DNA from: a virus | Taxonomy: Duplodnaviria > Caudoviricetes | Virus record (IMG/VR): IMGVR_UViG_3300027769_000052 | Location: 1 to 41,784 of that record | Strand: one strand, 5' to 3' | Length of the DNA: 41,784 nucleotides | In this document: in pieces, positions 35,700 to 41,784 of the stretch | How the letters are laid out: every line of letters begins with the position of its first letter | How positions within the stretch are numbered: the stretch's first letter is position 1 | Made by a program: the position numbers and the translations under genes | The notes under the pieces: generated by a model | Told to the model about the DNA's origin: nothing | The model's input: only the letters and a program-made list of their open reading frames with translations | The model's database searches: none

Positions 35700-36149
35700 A
35701 TGGACACCTACCACTTCGACATCGCCCCGCCTGAGACCACGCACCAAGCCGCTTTGCAGATCCTGAAGAACAAGCAGACAGGCAAGATGTTCGTCGGGAA
35801 GATGAAGAAGTCCGACGCGAAGAAATGGGAAGCCCAGTTCCACCTTTTGCTGAAGACCAAGAAGCCTAAGGAGCCGCTGTTCAAGGACAAGCCGCTCCGC
35901 GTGATCGTCGCCCTGTTCTACCAGCCGCCGAAGTGCCGCCCGTGCAAGAACATCGAATGGAAGACGACGAAGCCTGACGCGGACAATGTCGTGAAGACGA
36001 TCCTAGACTCGCTGGTGACCTGTGGGTACATCGAGGCCGACCAGAAGATCGCCGACCTCCGCGTGATGAAACTGGAATGGGACAAGGGTGGCTTCACCGA
36101 AGTTATGATCGGCGAGGCCACCCCGTTCATCCCTACCGACCCGCGTTAA
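35700..36149 (+). CDS. rusA: RusA-family Holliday junction resolvase
   Basis: TKPDADNVVKTILDSL...DQKIADLRVMK catalytic signature. Confidence 0.9.
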   Translation: MDTYHFDIAPPETTHQAALQILKNKQTGKMFVGKMKKSDAKKWEAQFHLLLKTKKPKEPLFKDKPLRVIVALFYQPPKCRPCKNIEWKTTKPDADNVVKTILDSLVTCGYIEADQKIADLRVMKLEWDKGGFTEVMIGEATPFIPTDPR

Positions 36150-36820
36150 GCGTTGCGGTCGTAGAACTCGCGAAGGCGGGCGACGAAGGCGGCACCAGTC
36201 TCAGGGTCTGGGAACTTGGCCTTCAGGGTCTCGCCGTCGTAGTTCGTCGTGATCATCGTCGCCCGCTTGTTCGCCGTACGCTCGTCCACGATCTGGAACA
36301 GGCAGGACTGAGAACGCTCGGTCAACTTCTCCTTGCCGAGGTCGTCGATGAACAGGAACTGGTGGTTGCACCAGCGATCCACCACGCGGTGCCAGTCGCC
36401 CTTCTGGAAACCTTCCTGCAACTGGAACTCGATGTCACGCATCGTCAGCACCTTCACCTGTACGCCACGGGCATCGAGCCGCTTGCAGATCTCCCAAGCC
36501 GTGCGGCTCTTGCCAAGTCGCGTCACGCCGTGGAGCAACAGGTTGCCCTTGCCGCTCAGGGGCGTCCAAGACCTAGCCAGCGTCTGGAGGCGATCGGGTA
36601 GGCGGCTGACATCTGTGTCGGCGAACAGGAGCGGCACCTGAATCGACGGACGCTTGCTTCGCTCGGCCTCAGCCTTGGCGAACGCGGCGTCGGCCTTCGC
36701 GGTGCATTCCTTGCCAGCACAGACATCGGGAGCGTCGAACTGGATAGGCTTGCCGCCGATCTCGAAAGACAGGCCGCGAGTCTCGCACCCGCAGTACTTG
36801 CAGTTGCCGTTAGAAGCCAT
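36146..36820 (-). CDS. DnaC/IstB-like AAA+ helicase loader
   Basis: Walker A LLLHGVTRLGKS, Walker B LFIDDLGKE, TMITTN, ARLRE; N-terminal Cys pairs. Confidence 0.9.
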   Translation of the reverse strand: MASNGNCKYCGCETRGLSFEIGGKPIQFDAPDVCAGKECTAKADAAFAKAEAERSKRPSIQVPLLFADTDVSRLPDRLQTLARSWTPLSGKGNLLLHGVTRLGKSRTAWEICKRLDARGVQVKVLTMRDIEFQLQEGFQKGDWHRVVDRWCNHQFLFIDDLGKEKLTERSQSCLFQIVDERTANKRATMITTNYDGETLKAKFPDPETGAAFVARLREFYDRNA

Positions 36821-37493
36821 TGCTGTGATCCTCCTCGGTGAGAAGTTTCTTGGCGGGCTTGCCGATCTGCTTGCGGACTGGGAACAGGCCGTACCAGCCG
36901 TTGCGTACCGAGGCGTCGATCATCTCCTTGCCAGCCACCTCAAACGCGATGCCGTGCTTGGTGGCCTCGGACTGGACGATCTCCACATTCGCGTCGAGTG
37001 CCCGCTGAGTCAGGGGACGCTTGATCTCCACGCGATGCTCGATGTACGAGAGGATCAGGCTCTTGACCGCATCCGTAGGCTCCACCCGATACTTAGCAAG
37101 GGACTCAAACAAACACGCCTTCTTATTCTTATTATCTTTTACTTTATCTACTACTCTATTGGTGGCAGTTTCCTGCCTAGGGGGTAGGCGGTTTTCATCC
37201 GTGGAACTGTTGTTCTTGGTGCCAGCGTAGATCGACGCGATGCGGCGGTTGCCGTCCACGATCCAGCGTCGGATCACCTGACCCTCCTCAAGGCGGGCTA
37301 GGTAGTCGCGGATCTGCCGCTCGCCGACGCCGATCGTGTTCGCGAGGTAGGCGTTGGAGGCCCAGCAACCTTGGCCCTTGTCGAGGGCGTCGATGACGCC
37401 AGCCAGCACCTTCTCGGTGACGGTCAGGTCTTCGCGTAGCCAGAGATCGCGGGCAATGAAGATGCCCACGAAGCCGAGTGAAGGGTTGTCCAT
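36810..37493 (-). CDS. Replication initiator (N-terminal wHTH, lambda O-like role)
   Basis: GCWASNAYLANTIGVGERQIRDYLARLEE; C-terminal HRVEIKRPLT...SVRNGWYGLF; upstream of DnaC-like gene. Confidence 0.85.
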   Translation of the reverse strand: MDNPSLGFVGIFIARDLWLREDLTVTEKVLAGVIDALDKGQGCWASNAYLANTIGVGERQIRDYLARLEEGQVIRRWIVDGNRRIASIYAGTKNNSSTDENRLPPRQETATNRVVDKVKDNKNKKACLFESLAKYRVEPTDAVKSLILSYIEHRVEIKRPLTQRALDANVEIVQSEATKHGIAFEVAGKEMIDASVRNGWYGLFPVRKQIGKPAKKLLTEEDHSNGF

Positions 37494-37753
37494 CAGGGTG
37501 CGAGGTGGACGACGCGGTTGCGACCGTCGTAGTGGTACTCGGTGATCAGGCCGCTACGGCGAAGAGCGTTGACCGCAGAGGTGACATAGCGAGGGGTGAC
37601 GCCGAAGACCTCGGCGGCTTCCCTGTTCGTGACCTTCGCGACATTGTCCACAGCCCTCGCCTTGAGGTAACCGTGGAGCAGTGCGAAGAAGGTCTGACCT
37701 CCCAGCACCTTGAGTGCTGAGAGATCGACCGTGATCTTGGTGGGCTTGTCCAT
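37493..37753 (-). CDS. Winged-helix DNA-binding protein, 86 aa
   Basis: Start at ATG 37753 (MDKPTKITVDL); TNREAAEVFGVTPRYVTSAVNALRRSGLI...DGRNRVV. Confidence 0.8.
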   Translation of the reverse strand: MDKPTKITVDLSALKVLGGQTFFALLHGYLKARAVDNVAKVTNREAAEVFGVTPRYVTSAVNALRRSGLITEYHYDGRNRVVHLAP

Positions 37754-38553
37754 TAGGCGTCGATCTCGATGAACTCGGACGAGTAGGACGGGTAGACGCC
37801 AGTGCGATCGGCGACCTCCCAGAGGCTCACAAGCCCCTTGATGATGCCGTCCCACTTGGTGATCGTCTGGGCGGTCAGGAAGTACACGCCGACCGCGTAC
37901 GGGGCAGTCTTCTCGACAGCGGCGAACGCGAACTTGGTGTCCTTGTTGCCGAGGCCAGTACGGCGAGCCAGATCCAGATAGTGGCTGGCCTGTAGTCCGT
38001 AGGAATACTTGAAGACCTCCTTACGCCAGCCGAACGGATCTGCCGCGACGGTCGTCTTGATATCCCAGATGATGTTCCGCTCGGCGTCGAACAGGTCGAG
38101 GCGGGCCTTGAGCGGGTGCCCGCTGTCGCTCTCGGCGAACAGGCTGATCTCAGGGGTGCCGACGCGGAGGGAGCCGCCGAAGGCAGGGTTGTTCTTCAGG
38201 GACGCGGCGACCGAGACGGCGGTCTGGTAGTCCTCAGCGGAGATCAACTGCTTGCCGACATTGGCGGCGACGAAGTCCGCATACGCGGCCTTGCCGACAG
38301 TCGTGCGGCGGTCGATACCGACGGGAGCGACAGCCCAGTTCTTGAGGAACTTCTCAGGCTCCAGCGTGGCTTCGTGGATCGCGGTGCCGAGGATCTGCTC
38401 CTTGCTCGGCTCGTCCCGCTCCGTCGTGTCGTACGCCTTCAGGTGGGCGGGCGACTTGAGGAGGAAGGCGAGGCGGGTCTTGCTCAGGCCCTCGGTCGCG
38501 TGGTACTTGGTGGCGTCTAGGTCGTAGACGATCTTGCTTTTGGGTGTGGTCAT
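37753..38553 (-). CDS. RecE/exonuclease VIII-like PD-(D/E)XK nuclease (DUF3799-type)
   Basis: YHATEGLSKT, GTAIHEATLEP, KARLD, DIKTT, YGLQASHY, FAAVEKTAPY. Confidence 0.9.
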   Translation of the reverse strand: MTTPKSKIVYDLDATKYHATEGLSKTRLAFLLKSPAHLKAYDTTERDEPSKEQILGTAIHEATLEPEKFLKNWAVAPVGIDRRTTVGKAAYADFVAANVGKQLISAEDYQTAVSVAASLKNNPAFGGSLRVGTPEISLFAESDSGHPLKARLDLFDAERNIIWDIKTTVAADPFGWRKEVFKYSYGLQASHYLDLARRTGLGNKDTKFAFAAVEKTAPYAVGVYFLTAQTITKWDGIIKGLVSLWEVADRTGVYPSYSSEFIEIDA

Positions 38554-38570
38554 TTTCGTGTGGGGGGAAA

Positions 38571-38759
38571 TTAGCGGTTGCCGAAGATGTAAGCGGCGAC
38601 GGATTCGTCGAGGGTCTTCTTGGATCCGTTGTGAGTGGTCACAGCGGTCAGGAGTTTCTTCTCGATGTAGCGATCGAGGGCTTCCAAGAAAGCCTTGGAG
38701 GTTCGCTTGCCGTGGCTCTTGACGAACTTACGGACGGTGCTGGGCTTGATGTAGATCAT
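38571..38759 (-). CDS. Putative histone-fold protein, 62 aa
   Basis: MIYIKPSTVRKFVKSHGKRTSKAFLEALDRYIEKKLLTAVTTHNGSKKTLDESVA: short helix, RTS loop, long helix, KKTL loop; ATG 38759 preferred because 38789 overlaps the -10. Confidence 0.7.
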   Translation of the reverse strand: MIYIKPSTVRKFVKSHGKRTSKAFLEALDRYIEKKLLTAVTTHNGSKKTLDESVAAYIFGNR

Positions 38760-38765
38760 AGGTGC

Positions 38766-38884
38766 GTAGTACTGGGTGAAGGAAGACATTAGAACAGATC
38801 TTCAGGGTTAAGTCAAGCACCAAAAAAACACCTCTTGACACTTTGTGCAACATTCATACACCTCCAGATCTCACCCAGTACTAC
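38766..38884. promoter_or_regulatory. Divergent promoter region bounded by a 14-bp inverted repeat
   Basis: Minus: TTGACT-N17-TCTAAT; plus: TTGACA (38835)-N16-TACACC; TCACCCAGTACTAC in both leaders (38766-38779 minus, 38871-38884 plus). Confidence 0.75.
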
Positions 38885-38885
38885 T

Positions 38886-39311
38886 ATGTCCAACCAAGCA
38901 TCAACCACGCGAGTGCCCGTGGAATTCAAAGGCACGATCGAATCGGTCAAAGGCGGTCGCCGCGACTATCGCGTCACGCTCGACTACACCGTCAGCCTGA
39001 TCGGTCACTGCACGGTCTCCAAGTCCTCGACGGACGGAGACATCGTCAACGGCTCGACCGTTGATCTGGTCGTCACCCCTCCGCACTGGGTTGACTGGCG
39101 TAAGGTCGAATTGATCCTCTCGCAGGAGGACATCACGACCCGCAGGGCCGAACTCAAGGAAGACGACCGTGCTGGCTTGATCCACGAATCGACCGACGAG
39201 CAGGACGCCAAGTCTGCCGCTGGACTCCTGCTTGCCACCTACAGGAACAACGCCGCCAAGAATGAGGCGGTTGCAAATCTCCTCCGCAAATGCGATCTCT
39301 CGCTCTCCTGA
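38886..39311 (+). CDS. Hypothetical protein, 141 aa
   Basis: ATG 38886 after the conserved leader; codon bias. Confidence 0.75.
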   Translation: MSNQASTTRVPVEFKGTIESVKGGRRDYRVTLDYTVSLIGHCTVSKSSTDGDIVNGSTVDLVVTPPHWVDWRKVELILSQEDITTRRAELKEDDRAGLIHESTDEQDAKSAAGLLLATYRNNAAKNEAVANLLRKCDLSLS

Positions 39312-39724
39312 TCTTGCTGGCCTCGCAAGTTTCTGCCGAGGTCGTAAACGGGAAATTCGTCGATCGTGTGGCGGTCGTGGAGTCCCGCTTCAACCACGCC
39401 GCGATCGGTGACGGCACCCGTGCCCGTGGGGCTTGGCAGATGTGGGCAGACGCGTGGAACCAGATCAATTCCGACCGCAGGAAATTCGGGAAATTCCAGT
39501 ACGACTGGGCGACCTACGCCCACGACCCCGCCGTCGCCCGCGAGTACGCTACGGCCTACCTGATCTGGACGGAGCGGTCTCTGGCCCGCCGTCTGGGTCG
39601 CCAGCCGACCGAGGCCGAGGTCTACGCGGCTTGGAACCTAGGGATCGGCGGCTTCGCGAAGCGGGGCTTCAGCCTCGCCCGCGTCCCGTCCGCGACCCGC
39701 AACGCGATCGCCCGCCTACGCTGA
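39290..39724 (+). CDS. Lysozyme-like / lytic transglycosylase-like protein with signal peptide
   Basis: MRSLALLILLASQVSA signal; VESRFNHAAIGD (catalytic Glu), GAWQM, YAAWNLG motifs. Confidence 0.8.
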   Translation: MRSLALLILLASQVSAEVVNGKFVDRVAVVESRFNHAAIGDGTRARGAWQMWADAWNQINSDRRKFGKFQYDWATYAHDPAVAREYATAYLIWTERSLARRLGRQPTEAEVYAAWNLGIGGFAKRGFSLARVPSATRNAIARLR

Positions 39725-39855
39725 TGAGGAAGCACCACGGAAACTACCGCCGCAAGACGGGCAAGCGATCTGGACGCAAGCCGCTCTGGTATGTGGCTCT
39801 CGCCCGCCAGCGTGACTTCATCCAGCGGATCCTCGACAAGCACGACAACCGATGA
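39724..39855 (+). CDS. Small basic protein, 43 aa
   Basis: TGATG and ATGA coupling on both sides; MRKHHGNYRRKTGKRSGRKPLWYVALARQRDFIQRILDKHDNR. Confidence 0.6.
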   Translation: MRKHHGNYRRKTGKRSGRKPLWYVALARQRDFIQRILDKHDNR

Positions 39856-40307
39856 GCCGCCCAACCTACGAGCGAGACGATCACCTCCGCGAAGAGGAAG
39901 CCGCGATCGACGCCCTGCAAGCGGTCTGGGGCGTCGTCGCCCGCAAGACGCCGAAGTACTACAAGATCGACTACGCGATCTGCGACGCCAACGGCGGCGT
40001 CCTCGGCTGGGTCGAGGTCAGAGGGAAGACATTCCCTCGGCTCCAGTACTCGACCTTCTACACCTCGTTGGAAAAGTACCTGAGCGTCTGCCGATTCCAG
40101 TACGCGACGAACAGGCCAGCGTGGCTTCTGGTCAAGTGGACTGACGGCGTGTTCATCTACAGGATCTCCACCGCCGACTGTAGCCGCCGCAAGATCACGA
40201 TCGGAGGCCGCACGGTCAACTCACGCGGTGACGAGCAGGATATCGAGCCAGTGATCCACATCCCTGTTGCGGAATTCCTTCCGCTCGCAAACGCTTCTAT
40301 CGAATGA
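39852..40307 (+). CDS. PD-(D/E)XK-fold nuclease-like protein
   Basis: YKIDYAI...WVEVRGK, LLVKWTDG, RGDEQDIEPVIHIP. Confidence 0.7.
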   Translation: MSRPTYERDDHLREEEAAIDALQAVWGVVARKTPKYYKIDYAICDANGGVLGWVEVRGKTFPRLQYSTFYTSLEKYLSVCRFQYATNRPAWLLVKWTDGVFIYRISTADCSRRKITIGGRTVNSRGDEQDIEPVIHIPVAEFLPLANASIE

Positions 40308-40606
40308 AGACCAAGCCCAAGTTCACCGTCTACGATCACCCGACGCGGTACACGGTTCCTTCCGCGAAGAAGGGACAGGTTCACCTGATCGATCTCGCCG
40401 CGAATGATCTGCACGGCGAATGTTCCTGCGAACACTTCCAGTGCGTGGTGCTTCCCCGCTGGCGTGACGCGTCCGAGGCCGAACGCAGATCTCCGTGGGA
40501 GTACAGGTGCAAGCACCTGACGGCTCTCCGCGAAGAGATCGGCACGATCTTCATCGCCGCCCTGTCGGCGACCACCGAAATTTCCCCCCACAACAATGAG
40601 CGATAA
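40304..40606 (+). CDS. SWIM zinc-finger protein
   Basis: YTVPS...HLIDL...ECSCEHF...CKHL. Confidence 0.8.
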   Translation: MKTKPKFTVYDHPTRYTVPSAKKGQVHLIDLAANDLHGECSCEHFQCVVLPRWRDASEAERRSPWEYRCKHLTALREEIGTIFIAALSATTEISPHNNER

Positions 40607-41429
40607 CATCAGCAAACTCCGTGCCCCGTTCCCTGCCGACAGGATCGAGTGGCGTATCCAATCCTGCGGCGAAAAGTCCGACGGCTCCGTCTGGGCACGA
40701 TGCCTCGCGTACATCGACAACCGTGCCGCGATGGAGCGGCTCGACGAGGTGTACGGCGAAGGCTGGAGCCACCGCGAGGAATTCAAGCAGATCGGCAACT
40801 CCGCTGTCTGCACGGTCGCGATCACGATCGCGGGCGGCGGCGAGTTCCAGCGTACCGTCACTGGTTCCTGCGAAGTCGAACTGAACAAGGCCGACGACAT
40901 CGATCCGTTTAAGTCTGCCGCGAGCGGTGCGATGAAGCGGGCCGTGGTGAACCTAGGCATCGGTCGTTTCCTGTACGAACTGCCTGAGGCGTGGGCGATC
41001 ATCCACGACGGCGGCAAGCATCAGGGCAAGACGAAGAACGGCACCAAGTTCCGCTGGGATGCTCCCAGCATCGACGGTGCCTCCCGTGCCGCCGAAGAGA
41101 TCTCCGTCTCACAGCCGTACACGACCGTCGGGATCGACCACGCCGTCCCGTCGATCCACTCCTCGGCCCGCAAGCCTGTCGCTCCGCTCGCCGACGCCGT
41201 AAGCGGCAACTGGCAGAGCGTCCTGATCCCTTTCGGGAAGCAACAGGGGAAGTCTCTTGGATCGTTACCAGCGGCTTCTTTGAAGTGGTGGCAGGACAAC
41301 TACCAGCCGAAGCCCTACAAGGGTTCGATCTCCCCGAAGGACAAAGCGTTCCGCGACGCCCTCGATGCGTCACTCGGCGTGACCTCCGCTCCCGCGACTG
41401 AAACTCCCGACGACGATGTCCCCTTCTAA
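40596..41429 (+). CDS. Rad52/Rad22-family (Sak-like) single-strand annealing protein
   Basis: PFPADRIEWR, LAYIDNRAAMERLDEVYG, KSAASGAMKRAVVNLGIGRFLYEL; C-terminal FGK module and DDDVPF tail. Confidence 0.9.
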   Translation: MSDNISKLRAPFPADRIEWRIQSCGEKSDGSVWARCLAYIDNRAAMERLDEVYGEGWSHREEFKQIGNSAVCTVAITIAGGGEFQRTVTGSCEVELNKADDIDPFKSAASGAMKRAVVNLGIGRFLYELPEAWAIIHDGGKHQGKTKNGTKFRWDAPSIDGASRAAEEISVSQPYTTVGIDHAVPSIHSSARKPVAPLADAVSGNWQSVLIPFGKQQGKSLGSLPAASLKWWQDNYQPKPYKGSISPKDKAFRDALDASLGVTSAPATETPDDDVPF

Positions 41430-41730
41430 GCGTAAGAAGAAGATCAATACGCGGCGGTCGTTCGTCGCCGAACTGAATGAGGAAGCGTTGTTCCTCGATC
41501 CACCGTCCACCTTCGACGACGCGATCGTCGGTCGCACTTGCGGTGCGATCTGCGTCGCGATCTACGACTACGACGCGGTCAAGCAGTGCCTGATCGACCA
41601 CGACAAGTTGGACGAGCAATCTGCGATCGATCACATCGAGTACAACATCCTCCCGCACTGCGGCATCGAGAACTTCCCGATCGTCGTGAAGACCTATGAA
41701 GAACCGTTCCCGTTCCCAAGCGAAGGTTAA
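41416..41730 (+). CDS. Hypothetical protein
   Basis: FDDAIVG...AIYDYDAV...AIDHIEYNI; coupled to upstream gene. Confidence 0.75.
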   Translation: MSPSKRKKKINTRRSFVAELNEEALFLDPPSTFDDAIVGRTCGAICVAIYDYDAVKQCLIDHDKLDEQSAIDHIEYNILPHCGIENFPIVVKTYEEPFPFPSEG

Positions 41731-41784
41731 GTCGTGGCGACAGGTTAGGATCACGCCAGAGGAGGACGACGCGATCGCCGCGAT
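41696..41784 (+). CDS. 3'-truncated ORF, possibly ribbon-helix-helix
   Basis: MKNRSRSQAKVKSWRQVRITPEEDDAIAA open to window end. Confidence 0.4.
   Translation, partial: MKNRSRSQAKVKSWRQVRITPEEDDAIAA

Noticed and set aside
1-41784. Cyanobacterial HIP1 (GCGATCGC) signature
   Set aside because: Only about five copies noticed, mostly explained by Ala-Ile-Ala codons; too sparse to support a cyanobacterial host
1-41784. Stop-codon reassignment or suppressor tRNA
   Set aside because: Genes are intact in the standard code with TAA, TGA and TAG all used as stops; the Arg tRNA loop CTTCTAA centres on TCT, not CTA

Overview
Most of a tailed dsDNA bacteriophage genome (podovirus-type morphogenesis: no tape measure, adaptor/nozzle plus three ejection proteins), truncated at both ends. 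Layout: GC-rich small early genes with GCAA-loop terminators (1-2070); a non-coding C-skewed stretch ending in an array of 12 TGTCATA heptamers and a G-run, a likely pac/terminus or operator region (2070-2600); terminase large subunit, portal, scaffold, major capsid, tail and ejection genes (4308-33594), including a 4412-aa polyvalent protein with zincin, HhH-like, putative SAM-lyase-like and duplicated GNAT-like modules; a holin/spanin-like cassette without an endolysin; two abutting tRNAs (Arg-UCU, Thr-UGU) behind a TerS-like HTH gene; RusA; a lambda-like replication block (initiator, DnaC-like loader, RecE-like exonuclease); a probable phage histone-fold gene; and a divergent operon with a secreted lysozyme-like protein, a PD-(D/E)XK nuclease, a SWIM protein and a Rad52/Sak annealer. 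No integrase, DNA polymerase or CRISPR array is visible. By eye the sequence is almost free of many short palindromes (CCGG, GCGC, CATG, AGCT, ACGT, CCWGG, GCWGC) and its genes lack Shine-Dalgarno motifs. All family assignments come from motif recognition by eye; no searches were run.
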